Part shown: in pieces, positions 1-9,981 of the stretch
How the letters are laid out: each line of letters begins with the position of its first letter
Position numbering within the stretch: the first letter of the stretch is position 1
Assembly: GCA_964594495.1 (NCBI GenBank)
Contig: CAZQLX010000001.1
Span: 1 to 50,559, forward strand
Length of the DNA stretch: 50,559 nt
Direction of reading: 5' to 3'
Source of the DNA: Candidatus Woesearchaeota archaeon
GTDB lineage: Archaea; Nanobdellota; Nanobdellia; Pacearchaeales; GW2011-AR1
Position numbers and translations under genes: made by a program
The notes under the pieces: generated by a model
What the model was told of the DNA's origin: nothing
The model's database searches: none
What the model saw: the letters and a program-made list of their open reading frames with translations, nothing else

Positions 1-327
1 AAAGAAATCGCTATGGAATTATCTGGAGCATCTTGTATTGTGCTTCCGAGCTTATGGGAAGGACTTCCATTAACATTATTTGAATCTCTGGCCTCTGAGA
101 GAGCAGTCATTGTTTCTAATATACCTGCTTTTAGGAGCGTAATAAACGATGAGGCTCTTTTCTTTGAAAATGAGAACCCTAGAGATTTATCTAGGAAAAT
201 AGCGAGTTTATTAGATAATAAAAAGAAAGCGGTAACTACTGGGAAGAAAGGAAAGAGTTTAGCTAAAAATTATGATTGGAATAATATTGCTAACAAATTA
301 AATAAGATTTATGAAAAGTATGAATAA
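1..327 (+). CDS. Glycosyltransferase family 4 (GT-B fold), C-terminal fragment; the 5' end lies outside the window
   Basis: The reading frame is open to position 1. It carries the C-terminal GT1/GT4 sugar-nucleotide binding region 'PSLWEGLPLTLFESLA'. Confidence 0.75.
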   Translation, partial: KEIAMELSGASCIVLPSLWEGLPLTLFESLASERAVIVSNIPAFRSVINDEALFFENENPRDLSRKIASLLDNKKKAVTTGKKGKSLAKNYDWNNIANKLNKIYEKYE

Positions 328-1054
328 AATAATATATAGTATTGATGTTGAAAAAGATTTACACACTGGAAAGTACAAAGGGATAAGAGAAGGATTAAGA
401 GTATTTGAAAAGATATGTGATAAACATAAAATTAAGCCTACATTATTTATTGTAGGTGAATGCATTAAAGATAATGCAGAATTATTTAAGAAACTAGCAA
501 AAAAGGGGTGGGAAATATCCTCTCATGGATATTCACATGGGCGATTTGATGAAATGTCAAAGGCCGAAAAAGAAGAGGAAATAAAAAAATCATTGAATGA
601 GTTTAGTAAATATCTTAAAATAAAACCTAAAGGTTTTAGAGCACCTCAACATAGCATTGATGATGAAACACTTAATTTATTAGAGAAATATGGATTTAAG
701 TATGATTCATCATTTACACCATTAAATTTGTTTCAATTTTTATTCTTTCCAAAGAGAATAAGATCAAATTTAAGACTGTTCTTTTCTTGGCCATGGAAAT
801 ATTGTGTTAGAGAAAATTTAGAAGAAAGGCCAGTATCTTCTTTATTAATACCTCCAGTATCATTGATCGTTAGAATATTACCTAAATGGGCATTATATCT
901 TTACTTTAAGAGTTTGATGATATTATTTAAAAATCCAATCTTTTATGCCCATTCTTGGGATTTTATAGAGCAAAAAGAAAGTAAAATTGATAATTTATTC
1001 CCACATAATAAATTTATTGATAAACTCGATTTTATAATGGGTTTAGATAAATGA
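311..1054 (+). CDS. Polysaccharide deacetylase (NodB homology domain)
   Basis: It has 'DVEKD' near the N-terminus, 'SSHGYSHG' (an H-x4-H metal site) and 'FRAPQHS', which are typical NodB motifs. Confidence 0.8.
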   Translation: MKSMNKIIYSIDVEKDLHTGKYKGIREGLRVFEKICDKHKIKPTLFIVGECIKDNAELFKKLAKKGWEISSHGYSHGRFDEMSKAEKEEEIKKSLNEFSKYLKIKPKGFRAPQHSIDDETLNLLEKYGFKYDSSFTPLNLFQFLFFPKRIRSNLRLFFSWPWKYCVRENLEERPVSSLLIPPVSLIVRILPKWALYLYFKSLMILFKNPIFYAHSWDFIEQKESKIDNLFPHNKFIDKLDFIMGLDK

Positions 1055-1055
1055 A

Positions 1056-1757
1056 CTACTCAGAATATTGTGTAGGATCATTAAGATTAGACCAATAAAA
1101 AGCTGCCTGACGTAACTTACAAGCTAAACAATATCCACAATGGATAGTCTTTTGTGTAAAGCAACTAAAAGTTTCTTTAAAGTTTACGCCTAATTTTAAT
1201 CCTAATTTAATAATATCCTCTTTGTCGAGATTTATTAGTGGTGCTTTCACTTTTAATGGGACTGATAAGGAAGATTGAGCAACTCGATTCATATTTTTAA
1301 CAAATTCTTTAGTTGTATCTGGATAACTTTCCTTCCCTTCACACTTGAAGCCCACAAAAATATCGTACATCTTATGATTTTTTACATAATATGAATCTGT
1401 GATAGATAAAGCGTAGGAGAGAAATACTAAATTGCGCGCAGGTACATACCATTTTTTACTTTCTTCTCTAGTATCTTTTAAATCTTTAGTGTGTAATTTA
1501 TTCACTTTTCCAGTTTTATTAATAAGAGAGGTTGATATTTTACTAAGGACAGACAAATTCATTTCTTTAAAGTGTGCTTTAAGATTATTAGCACATACTT
1601 TAGAGGCTTTTCTTTCAGCATTAAGTGATTTCTGTCCATAGTTAAAAAACAATATAATTAAATTAGGATATTTAAGGGATTTCTTAACATAATAGGCTGT
1701 TACAACGCTATCTATACCTCCTGAGCAAAGAACTATTGCATTTTTTAGCTTTATCAT
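1056..1757 (-). CDS. queC: 7-cyano-7-deazaguanine synthase QueC (archaeosine/queuosine precursor pathway)
   Basis: It has the PP-loop 'LCSGGIDSVV' and the C-terminal Zn-binding cysteine cluster 'SCF...HCGYCLACKLR'. The length of 233 aa fits QueC. Confidence 0.85.
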   Translation of the reverse strand: MIKLKNAIVLCSGGIDSVVTAYYVKKSLKYPNLIILFFNYGQKSLNAERKASKVCANNLKAHFKEMNLSVLSKISTSLINKTGKVNKLHTKDLKDTREESKKWYVPARNLVFLSYALSITDSYYVKNHKMYDIFVGFKCEGKESYPDTTKEFVKNMNRVAQSSLSVPLKVKAPLINLDKEDIIKLGLKLGVNFKETFSCFTQKTIHCGYCLACKLRQAAFYWSNLNDPTQYSE

Positions 1758-1795
1758 TCAAATTAAAGCTTAATAAGGTTTATAAGTATATTTTT

Positions 1796-2002
1796 ATGTT
1801 GAGAGTAATGAAGATAAAAGCAATTGAGATAAAGAAGGGGGAGATTATTACTGTAGGCGGAGAAGAATTAGAAGTAGAAGAAGTTGAGATTTCTGATATA
1901 GGAAAGCAAGGGACGAAAAAGGTTAGAATCGTTGCTAAGAGAAAAGACGGAGAGAAAATTGTTATAATCAGACCGGAAGATTACCCTATTGAGAAAAAAT
2001 GA
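1796..2002 (+). CDS. Small protein resembling only the N-terminal SH3-like domain of aIF5A; start is ATG 1796 or 1808 (the ORF-track start at 1736 is a TTG)
   Basis: 'KKGEIITVGGEELEVEEVEISDIGKQGTKKVRIVA' parallels the aIF5A pattern 'G.Y..i.G.pc.i.eis.SKpGKHG.AKaRivg' as I remember it. No C-terminal OB domain is present. Confidence 0.35.
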   Translation: MLRVMKIKAIEIKKGEIITVGGEELEVEEVEISDIGKQGTKKVRIVAKRKDGEKIVIIRPEDYPIEKK

Positions 2003-2904
2003 TAGACATAATTATTACTTCTTATAATGAACCGAAATCAACATTAAGAGCTGTGGAATCGATATTAAAACAAAATGTAAAAGATGAATATAGAATAACA
2101 ATTGTCGATCCCTTTGTTGAAGTTAGAAATTTTTTGAAAAAAGAAGTTAAAGATAAAAGAGTACGTTTTATGCTTGATTCTGGAGAAGGAAAAAGCTATA
2201 TTTTAAATTTACTTTTACAAGAATACGCTTCTTCAAACAAAGATGACTTGTTTATATTTACAGATGGGGATGTTTACATATCTGAAAATGCTATAAATGA
2301 GATATTAGATGCGTTTAAAGATAAAGAAATTGGTTGCGTTACAGGAAAGCCTGTTTCTCTTGATAGTAAAGAGACAAAGTATGGATATTGGCAAGGTGTT
2401 GCTTTTGATGGAATAAATAAAGTAAGAGAAATGTTAGCTAAGGAAAAGAAATTTTTTGAATGTTCGGGCTATTTGTTTGCTATAAGGAAAGGAGTAATAT
2501 TTGATTTTCCCTTAGAAACAAGTGAAGATAGTATCATTCCTTACTTGTTTTGGAAGAAAGGATTCAAAATAGGATATGCTAATAAATCTGAAGTATATGT
2601 TAAAAATCCAGATAATTGGCACGATTGGATTACACAAAAAGTAAGAAATGTTAAGGCACATGAGAACTTAAACAAAATTGCTCCTGAAATGCCTCGAACA
2701 AAAACCTTTTGGAATGAAATAAAATATGGTGCATTATTTACTCTTTTGCAACCGAGAAGCTTAAGACAGATCATCTGGACTATTGAATTGTATTTTGCAA
2801 GATTATATCTTTATATTAGAGCATTTAAGGAACTTAGAAAAAAAGATCATTATAAAGATGGATGGAGAGAAAATTCCATTGAATCAACAAAGACTTTGGA
2901 TTAA
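1999..2904 (+). CDS. Glycosyltransferase family 2
   Basis: It has the N-terminal 'IIITSYNEP' GT-A signature, a 'TDGDV' DxD-type motif, and an ATGA overlap with the upstream ORF. Confidence 0.8.
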   Translation: MIDIIITSYNEPKSTLRAVESILKQNVKDEYRITIVDPFVEVRNFLKKEVKDKRVRFMLDSGEGKSYILNLLLQEYASSNKDDLFIFTDGDVYISENAINEILDAFKDKEIGCVTGKPVSLDSKETKYGYWQGVAFDGINKVREMLAKEKKFFECSGYLFAIRKGVIFDFPLETSEDSIIPYLFWKKGFKIGYANKSEVYVKNPDNWHDWITQKVRNVKAHENLNKIAPEMPRTKTFWNEIKYGALFTLLQPRSLRQIIWTIELYFARLYLYIRAFKELRKKDHYKDGWRENSIESTKTLD

Positions 2905-2905
2905 A

Positions 2906-3484
2906 TTACTTAACTATCCACCAATCTAAATCTTCATAAGTTTTCATGTCAGATGAAAAAACTTTAAGTTTATTCTTTTTTGCGAATTCATCAACGGCTT
3001 TTTTGACATCAGGTATAATGTAATCATGCCCACTTAACACGCCTCCGTCCTTGAGAATTGCAAAATAGAGTTCTAGGTCTTTTTTTACATATTCATATTC
3101 ATGATTTCCATCAATATAGGCAAAATCCACTTTTTCTTTTATAAATGGTAATGCTTCAGATGAAACTTTTCTTATAAAAACAACATTCTTATACTTTTTA
3201 AGTAATCTATGAGAGAAACGACGGTAATAGGGAGCATGAGGTATTTTCTGCTCATCAATATACTCAATGTATGGATCAATTAGGTATAGCTTTTCAATAT
3301 TTAGAGTATCGAGAATTGTTTTTGCATTTTCTCCCATAAAAGTTCCTATCTCTACACCTATCAAAGGTTGATTACCAAAAGTATCTTTAATAAAATAAGT
3401 TGATTTTCTTGGACGCAATTTTGTGAATTTATAACCAAATCTATGGAGAAGATGATTAATTCTGTATTTAAAAAATGAATTCAT
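2906..3484 (-). CDS. Class I SAM-dependent methyltransferase (TylF/Methyltransf_24-like sugar O-methyltransferase family)
   Basis: It has 'GVEIGTFMGENA' (SAM motif I), 'AYIDGNHEYEYV' and 'GGVLSGHDY'. Confidence 0.65.
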   Translation of the reverse strand: MNSFFKYRINHLLHRFGYKFTKLRPRKSTYFIKDTFGNQPLIGVEIGTFMGENAKTILDTLNIEKLYLIDPYIEYIDEQKIPHAPYYRRFSHRLLKKYKNVVFIRKVSSEALPFIKEKVDFAYIDGNHEYEYVKKDLELYFAILKDGGVLSGHDYIIPDVKKAVDEFAKKNKLKVFSSDMKTYEDLDWWIVK

Positions 3485-3537
3485 TAATATTTTATTACTT
3501 GAAGTGTTATAAAGATTATTATTCAGTCATATTATCA

Positions 3538-3948
3538 TTAAATTTCTAATACTCTCTTGATTTTCACTTTAAGTTCGTCTAAAGATGATACAATGGGCAT
3601 TGATGCAATTAAAATAGCACTGAGATATTCTAAACCTTCGTCAGCCGTCTCATCTGTCTTAATTCCTAGTGCTGGAATGCCTTTAGCATATGCATACCCT
3701 AATTCCCATGCTGTACCTGCTCCAACATGTAAACCGTCAAGAGCTGCAATGATTAAATTACAATCTTTAAATCCTTTAACTATGTCTCCTTCGAATACTT
3801 TTTTAACATCTTTTATCGATTTTGCGTAGCCAACATCTCGATGGGGGAGAAATGTCTCTAAACCGAGAGATTTACAGAGTTTATCAATAGATTCAAGCAT
3901 TTCTTTCTCGTTTTTTGTCCATATTTTGCCTGCAATGTAAACTTTCAT
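3538..3948 (-). CDS. Nucleoside 2-deoxyribosyltransferase-like protein
   Basis: It has 'MKVYIAGKI' and 'GAGTAWELGYAYAKGIPALG', typical of the Nuc_deoxyrib_tr fold. Confidence 0.65.
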   Translation of the reverse strand: MKVYIAGKIWTKNEKEMLESIDKLCKSLGLETFLPHRDVGYAKSIKDVKKVFEGDIVKGFKDCNLIIAALDGLHVGAGTAWELGYAYAKGIPALGIKTDETADEGLEYLSAILIASMPIVSSLDELKVKIKRVLEI

Positions 3949-4027
3949 GCTATTGATGTGAATGAGGAAGTTTTAAGCTTTTGGGACAATCGGATAGGCT
4001 TAAAAATGATCTTAGTGATATAGAAAT

Positions 4028-5023
4028 ATGAAAATAGTTGTCATCCAATTAGGAGCGAAGGGAACGGTGGTTAGAACGATGTCAATTCTTCCTGCATTGA
4101 AGAAGAAATACCCAAATGCAAAGATTGATTGGATCACTAAAGATAATGTTAAAGATGTTTTTCTAAATAACCCTTTTGTAAACAAAGTATTAAGTTTACC
4201 ATATAAATATGAGGATAAATATGATCTTTTATACAACTTCGATATAGATAAAGAAGCATGTGAAGTTGCTGTTTCAATAGAAGCAAAAGAGAAAAAAGGA
4301 TTTTATTTTGAAGGGGGATATCCGCAAGCGTTTAACTTGGGAGCAGAATATTATCTCAATACAATGTTTGACGATGAATTGAAAAAGAAAAACAAAAAGA
4401 CTTATCAGCAAATGATTTTTGATGTGGCTGAATTGCCTTTTCAAGGAGAATATTGTCCGATATATTTAAGTGATAAAGAAAAAGAATATGGGGATGCTTT
4501 TATTAAGAAAAATGGATTAAGCAATAAAAAATTAATCGGTATACATATAGGATCTTCTCCAACCTGGCCTTCTAAATCGTGGAATTTAGAATATATAAAC
4601 GATTTTATAAGGCTATCAAAAAAAGAAAAATATGATATTATAGTTTTTAGTGGACCTAATGATAAACAAAGAAGGGAAAAATTAGAAAATGAATTGAAAA
4701 AAGAAAAATTAAATATTGTTTTTAATAATCCTATGAATAGTGATAGAGAATTTGTTTCTTTATTAAATGAATGTACTTATATCGTTTCTGGAGACAGTTT
4801 TGCCTTGCATGTGGCTATTGCATTAGGAAAGAAAACCATAGGTTTGTTTTTCTGTACATCTGATTCTGAAATAGAAGATTATGGATTACTTACTAAGATT
4901 GTATCTCCATTGAGAGATAAATTTTTTCCGGAAAGAATGAATGAGTACAGCGAGGAACTCACGAAAAGCATAACAGCAAAGGAAGTTATGCAAGCTGTTG
5001 AGAATAATAAAGAAAACAAATAA
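4028..5023 (+). CDS. Glycosyltransferase family 9 (heptosyltransferase-like)
   Basis: It has the N-terminal 'IVVIQLGAKGTVVRTMSILPALKKKYPNAKIDWIT' and the C-terminal 'GDSFALHVAIALGKKTIGLF', which match the GT9 pattern. Confidence 0.75.
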   Translation: MKIVVIQLGAKGTVVRTMSILPALKKKYPNAKIDWITKDNVKDVFLNNPFVNKVLSLPYKYEDKYDLLYNFDIDKEACEVAVSIEAKEKKGFYFEGGYPQAFNLGAEYYLNTMFDDELKKKNKKTYQQMIFDVAELPFQGEYCPIYLSDKEKEYGDAFIKKNGLSNKKLIGIHIGSSPTWPSKSWNLEYINDFIRLSKKEKYDIIVFSGPNDKQRREKLENELKKEKLNIVFNNPMNSDREFVSLLNECTYIVSGDSFALHVAIALGKKTIGLFFCTSDSEIEDYGLLTKIVSPLRDKFFPERMNEYSEELTKSITAKEVMQAVENNKENK

Positions 5024-5047
5024 AAAGGTCGTTTGGCAGCTATTATA

Positions 5048-6568
5048 ATGGTGGAAGAAGAGAATCGTATAGAAAAAAGATATGACAAAATTATTAATTG
5101 GTTTAAAAATCCCTATAATTTAATTTTGGTAGGCATTCTTCTTCTGGCTTTCATACTAAGATTATATTTCTTTATTCAAACCCAAGGACAGCCATTGTGG
5201 TATGACGAGGCTGAATACATGGCTCATGCGAAAGAAATTGCTTTTAATGTTCCATATACCGAAAATCCACAGAGGCCTCCATTATTTCAGTATTTAGCAG
5301 CATTAATCTTTGTAATTGGTCTTGGAGAGGGAATAATTAAGTTTCTTTGGGTAATGCTTCCTTCTCTTGCACTTGTGTTTGGCGTATATCTTCTTGGGAA
5401 AGAGATGTATAATAAAAATGTTGGATTAGTGGCCGCTTTTCTCACAACCGTTATGTGGAGTTATTTATTCTGGACAGCAAGAGTACAACCAGACTTTTTC
5501 TCTATGTTTTTCTCTGTACTATCCGTATGGTGTATGTGGATATATTGGAAACGGCAAGATGGCGAAGGAAAGATAAGAAAATTTGCCATATGGGCGGGAG
5601 TGTTATCTGCTTTAGCATTTTACTTTAAGGTATCGGCCTTGCTAATTCCTGTGTGTTTTATAATATTTGCACTAATAAAAGATAGAATTCATGCATTTAA
5701 AGTAAAAGATTACTGGTATTCGGCTTTAGCTTTTGTATTGACATTAGTTCCATACTTTATTTGGTCACAGTTATCATTTAGCACTCCTTTGGCATTTAGA
5801 GCAGGTTACTCAAATGCATTTATACAACCAACTCCTTTTGCTTGGAATGTAATTAATTACTTTTACTTAATGACCGAAAATATTATTTTTGTATTATTTA
5901 TTATAGGTCTTATCTTCGGATTAAGATTCATTCTATATTCTGACGTATTGATAAAAGATAAAAAGAAATGTTTTGATCCAAATATATTTAGCATAATATT
6001 ATTAATTGTTGTGGCTGCATTTTATATATTTTATATTAGGGGAGTCGACGATAGATGGGTATTTTTGTGGATGCCGTTTATCTTTTACTTATGTGGGAGT
6101 TTTATTGATTTTGGATATACATATTTGAAAAAATATAAGAAATCTATAGCGATTATAGTTGTAATAATCATTCTTGCGGTGGCCGGAGTCATGCAAGTAA
6201 ACCATGCTAATAAAATAATACAAGATAAAAAAGAAACTTATCTTCCGGTAAAAGAATCTGGAATATGGATAAAAGAAAATTCGAATCCGGGAGATTTAAT
6301 TTTATCCCCATCGTACACACAAAGTGTTTATTATACCGAGAGAAACGTAAGTCTGTATGACTCCGGGGTAAAAACGCTTGAAGAGGCGGATATTTATATA
6401 AACAATAGCAAAGCCAAATATATGCAAGTTTCTGTATTTGAGCCCATGCCTCCGTGGGTAAATGAATGGGTACAAAAGAATCAAAATAGATTGATTGCAA
6501 GGCAAGCTTATTTTGCTGATCCTGAAAGAAAACAAGCGGTTTTAATCGTTTACGAAATAATCTATTGA
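5048..6568 (+). CDS. GT-C fold glycosyltransferase (ArnT/PMT family, GT39/GT83-like), polytopic membrane protein
   Basis: It has about 12 hydrophobic segments, a first-loop 'WYDEAEY' acidic motif, and a soluble C-terminal domain. The ORF-track start at 5033 is a TTG, and the first ATG is at 5048. Confidence 0.7.
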   Translation: MVEEENRIEKRYDKIINWFKNPYNLILVGILLLAFILRLYFFIQTQGQPLWYDEAEYMAHAKEIAFNVPYTENPQRPPLFQYLAALIFVIGLGEGIIKFLWVMLPSLALVFGVYLLGKEMYNKNVGLVAAFLTTVMWSYLFWTARVQPDFFSMFFSVLSVWCMWIYWKRQDGEGKIRKFAIWAGVLSALAFYFKVSALLIPVCFIIFALIKDRIHAFKVKDYWYSALAFVLTLVPYFIWSQLSFSTPLAFRAGYSNAFIQPTPFAWNVINYFYLMTENIIFVLFIIGLIFGLRFILYSDVLIKDKKKCFDPNIFSIILLIVVAAFYIFYIRGVDDRWVFLWMPFIFYLCGSFIDFGYTYLKKYKKSIAIIVVIIILAVAGVMQVNHANKIIQDKKETYLPVKESGIWIKENSNPGDLILSPSYTQSVYYTERNVSLYDSGVKTLEEADIYINNSKAKYMQVSVFEPMPPWVNEWVQKNQNRLIARQAYFADPERKQAVLIVYEIIY

Positions 6569-6616
6569 CTGAATAAATCTTTATATAGATTGATTTTTGA
6601 TAATATAAATTATAAA

Positions 6617-7879
6617 ATGAGTGAAGGGCGAACAATTGAGGCGTGTAGGGTTTGTGATTCAAGTAGTTTAGAAGTTGTTTTAGATTTAGGAAAGCAGCCT
6701 TGGGGCAATCATTTTTTGCCCAAAGAACAAGTTGGTACTGAGCCAAAATACCCCTTAAGATTGGCTTACTGTGGAGATTGCTCTGTAGCCCAACTTGATT
6801 TTACAGTGCCTAAAGAAGTAATGTTTGGTCATCATACTTATATGTCTGGAACAACCAAGACTCTCAGAGATCATTTTAGAACAACTGCGAGGCAAATTCA
6901 TGATGATTTCTTTGAAGGAAAACCAAAAAAAAGTGCTTTGGATATAGGATCAAATGATGGCAGCCAACTTGTATATTATAAAGAATTGGGTTTTGATGTT
7001 GTAGGAGTTGAATGCTGCCCAGAGATTGCTCGTTTTGCAAACACTAACTATATTCCGACGATCTCGGCTTTTTTCAACCAAGATACGGCCAAAGAGATAA
7101 TGAGAGATAGAAGTGGTAATGGAAATAAAAACGGATTTGATATAATTAATGCTTCCGGTGTTTTCTTCCACTTAGAAGAACTTCATTCGGCTACAGAAGG
7201 GATTAGGGAATGTTTGGATAAGAATGGGGTTTTTGTAGCACAGTTTCTTTACATGAAAGATATTATGGCAAATGGGGCTTTTGATCAAATTTATCATGAA
7301 CACTTACTTTATTATAACATAAGAACCGTAGAGAGGTTACTAAATAGGCATGGATTAAGTGGTTTCCATGCTTATCGCTCTCCAATACATGGGGGATCGA
7401 TTATTCTCTTAGCGGGACATGATGGAATAAGAAAACCAACAGATGAGTTAAAATCTATGGTAGCCCAAGAAGAAAAAGAAGGTGCAAATACAAGGGCACA
7501 TTATGAAAAATTTGCTGAATTGACAAGAAAAAGAAAAGAAGAAATTGTTAGGGATTTAGATAAATTTAAAGGTGCTGGAAAGAAGATTTATGGGATGGGT
7601 GCTCCTGTTAAAGGAAATACCCTCTTAAATTATTGTGGAATCGGAACACAATATTTGGAATGTCTTGTAGAAAGAAACAATCGTCGACAAGGTCTTTTCT
7701 CGCCTGGAATGCACATTCCTATTCGTTTAGAAGATGAACTTGGAGAACTAGAACGACCTGATGTTTACTTTGTTTTGGCATGGAATTTCAAAAGAGAGAT
7801 TTTAAAAAGGTATGCCTCTCTTGCGGAACAAGGAGTGGAATTTTACTTTCCAGTTGATCCTGAAAAAACTCAAAAATGA
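6617..7879 (+). CDS. SAM-dependent NDP-hexose C-methyltransferase-like protein
   Basis: It has the N-terminal zinc ribbon 'CRVCDS...CGDCSVAQL', 'ALDIGSNDG' (SAM motif I) and a C-terminal C-methyltransferase-type domain. The ORF-track start at 6590 is a TTG, and the first ATG is at 6617. Confidence 0.7.
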   Translation: MSEGRTIEACRVCDSSSLEVVLDLGKQPWGNHFLPKEQVGTEPKYPLRLAYCGDCSVAQLDFTVPKEVMFGHHTYMSGTTKTLRDHFRTTARQIHDDFFEGKPKKSALDIGSNDGSQLVYYKELGFDVVGVECCPEIARFANTNYIPTISAFFNQDTAKEIMRDRSGNGNKNGFDIINASGVFFHLEELHSATEGIRECLDKNGVFVAQFLYMKDIMANGAFDQIYHEHLLYYNIRTVERLLNRHGLSGFHAYRSPIHGGSIILLAGHDGIRKPTDELKSMVAQEEKEGANTRAHYEKFAELTRKRKEEIVRDLDKFKGAGKKIYGMGAPVKGNTLLNYCGIGTQYLECLVERNNRRQGLFSPGMHIPIRLEDELGELERPDVYFVLAWNFKREILKRYASLAEQGVEFYFPVDPEKTQK

Positions 7880-8796
7880 AAACATTAGTAACTGGAGCAA
7901 GCGGATTTTTAGGAAGACATTTAAGTGCGAGGTTAAAGAAAGAGGGTCATGAAGTAGTTGAATTAAGTTCTAAAAATTGTGACTTAACTGATAAAAGTAA
8001 TCTTCGTAAATTTAATGATATTAAATATGATAGAATATTCCATCTGGCTGCCTGGACGCAGGCAGGAGACTTTTGTTTGCGTCATCCCGCCGAACAATGG
8101 ATAAATAATCAACAAATAAACACAAATGTTTTATCATGGTGGAGAGAAGAACAGCCACAATCTAAAATGATCGCAATGGGAAGCAGTTGTTGTTATGATC
8201 CTGAGTTGGAATTAAATGAAAAAAATTTTATGGTTGGAACTCCCATTGATAGTTTGTATACTTATGCAATGACGAAAAGAATGCTGTATCTAGGTTTACA
8301 AATGATGAACAGACAGTTTGGTATGGACTATTTGTGTTTAGTGCCATCTACATTATATGGAACCGGATATCACACTGGCGGAAAACAAATGCATTTCATT
8401 TTTGATTTAATTAAAAAAATTGTAGATGGAAAAGAGAAAGGCAAAGATGTTGTATTATGGGGTGATGGTTCTCAAGTAAGAGAACTAATTCATGTAGATG
8501 ATTTTATTAACGCTGGTTTGATTCTATCAGAGCGAGTTAACAATGAAGTTGTAAATATAGGTGCTGGAAGAGGACAGAGTATTCGAGAGTTCGCTGAAAT
8601 AATTTGTGACATTGTTGGATATGATTCTAGCAAAATTAAATATGATACTAGTAGATACGTTGGCGCAAAATCAAAGGTACTTGATACAAGAAAGTTACAT
8701 CGATTAATGCCTGAATTTAAACAAAGACCGCTTAAAGAAGGTTTAAGAGAAGTTGTATTAGAATATCAAGAAAGGTTAAATGGAAGCAAAGTGTAA
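7876..8796 (+). CDS. NAD(P)-dependent sugar epimerase/reductase (SDR; GDP-L-fucose synthase-like)
   Basis: It has the 'LVTGASGFLGRHL' Rossmann motif, catalytic 'YAMTK' (YxxxK), and an ATGA overlap with the upstream methyltransferase. Confidence 0.8.
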   Translation: MKTLVTGASGFLGRHLSARLKKEGHEVVELSSKNCDLTDKSNLRKFNDIKYDRIFHLAAWTQAGDFCLRHPAEQWINNQQINTNVLSWWREEQPQSKMIAMGSSCCYDPELELNEKNFMVGTPIDSLYTYAMTKRMLYLGLQMMNRQFGMDYLCLVPSTLYGTGYHTGGKQMHFIFDLIKKIVDGKEKGKDVVLWGDGSQVRELIHVDDFINAGLILSERVNNEVVNIGAGRGQSIREFAEIICDIVGYDSSKIKYDTSRYVGAKSKVLDTRKLHRLMPEFKQRPLKEGLREVVLEYQERLNGSKV

Positions 8797-9981
8797 AATT
8801 GCATCAACATACTTTTTTGCTGTTCCTTCAACAGTATAATTTTTTAATACATCCTCATAAGCTGCATTTTGTATTTTTTTCCAATTCTTTTTATTTTTAA
8901 TAAGATAGTTTATTAATTTTCTGAAGTCTTCACCATCATCGGCTTTGAACAAAAATCCATTTTTTCCTTGCTTAATAATCTCTTTCGCCCCTTCTAAATC
9001 TGGAGCAATAGTTATTTTTTTACAGGCCATTGTATGAAGAATTGCTCCCGGAACAACGCGGGCATTTGCCTCAGATTTGGCTCTCATTCCAACACATATG
9101 TCTGAAGCATTACAATAATCTCCGACTTCTTTAACGGTTTTAAGGTATCCGGTGAAAATAGCTCGCTTTCCAAGTCCAAGATCATTCGCAAGTTTTTTTA
9201 AATTATTAAACTCTATTCCTGTTCCAACCATAATAACGCCGATCTTTGGATTATTTTTATATAGATCTGCGATCCAGGTAATTAACTTGTCTAAACCTTT
9301 TCCGGAATGCATTACTCCGTGATAAGACAAAACAATATCGTCTTTTTTAAAACCGAGTTTTGTCCTTAAGTCTAATTTGTTGCGCGGGTAAAAATCATTT
9401 AAATCTGGAGCGTCATGGACTACTTTAATTCTATTTTTTGGTATCCCCCAATCTTCTAACCTCTTACCTGCTGCTTCTGAACGACTAAAAAATCCATCTA
9501 GTCTTTTTGCTTCAAATTCATCAATTACTTCAGTTATTTTTAAAATTGGCTTTGCCCACTTTTTCTTACCCAATTGATTATGAAAATGCCAGTCACTGTA
9601 AGCAGTAGCAACATTAGTACGACAGAAGATCTTGAAAATATAGGCAATAAATGGCAATATTTCTGAAACAAATATCACACTAGGTTTGAATTTTCTAAAC
9701 TTAAATATGGCAATAGGTAAAAACAGATACATTAAAATAAATTTAAATATAATGTCTCTTGCTGATCCCCTATTTATTATAAGAGGTAATTCTTCAACTT
9801 TAATATTTTTTGGGATAGAACTTATTTTGTTAGGTCCGCGGAAGCTTAAATGATATATACTTGCTTTAGAAGATAAAATATTGAGCATCGATCTAAATTC
9901 TGCAGCCAAATAATATTGTTCCGCCAAACTATATCGAGAGAATATGGCTATTCTAGGTTTATTTTTTTCTTCTAATTCCAT
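8776..9981 (-). CDS. Glycosyltransferase family 4
   Basis: It has a GT-B C-terminal domain with 'VGMRAKSEANARVVPGAILHTMACKK' and 'GKNGFLF'. The length of 401 aa fits. Confidence 0.7.
   Translation of the reverse strand: MELEEKNKPRIAIFSRYSLAEQYYLAAEFRSMLNILSSKASIYHLSFRGPNKISSIPKNIKVEELPLIINRGSARDIIFKFILMYLFLPIAIFKFRKFKPSVIFVSEILPFIAYIFKIFCRTNVATAYSDWHFHNQLGKKKWAKPILKITEVIDEFEAKRLDGFFSRSEAAGKRLEDWGIPKNRIKVVHDAPDLNDFYPRNKLDLRTKLGFKKDDIVLSYHGVMHSGKGLDKLITWIADLYKNNPKIGVIMVGTGIEFNNLKKLANDLGLGKRAIFTGYLKTVKEVGDYCNASDICVGMRAKSEANARVVPGAILHTMACKKITIAPDLEGAKEIIKQGKNGFLFKADDGEDFRKLINYLIKNKKNWKKIQNAAYEDVLKNYTVEGTAKKYVDAILHFASI

Noticed and set aside
1432-5088. Whether the antisense shadow ORFs 1432..1641, 2541..2774, 3557..3829, 4012..4236 and 4879..5088 are real genes.
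   Set aside because: Each lies wholly or largely inside a motif-supported gene on the opposite strand, and they are short with low-complexity sequences.
6207-6746. Whether the minus-strand 179-aa ORF spanning the GT-C/C-methyltransferase junction is real (also 6302..6535 and 6950..7171).
   Set aside because: They overlap well-supported plus-strand genes that have clear family motifs. Their composition is rich in Y/L/F/K/Q, they have no motif, and one bridges an intergenic gap antisense to two genes.
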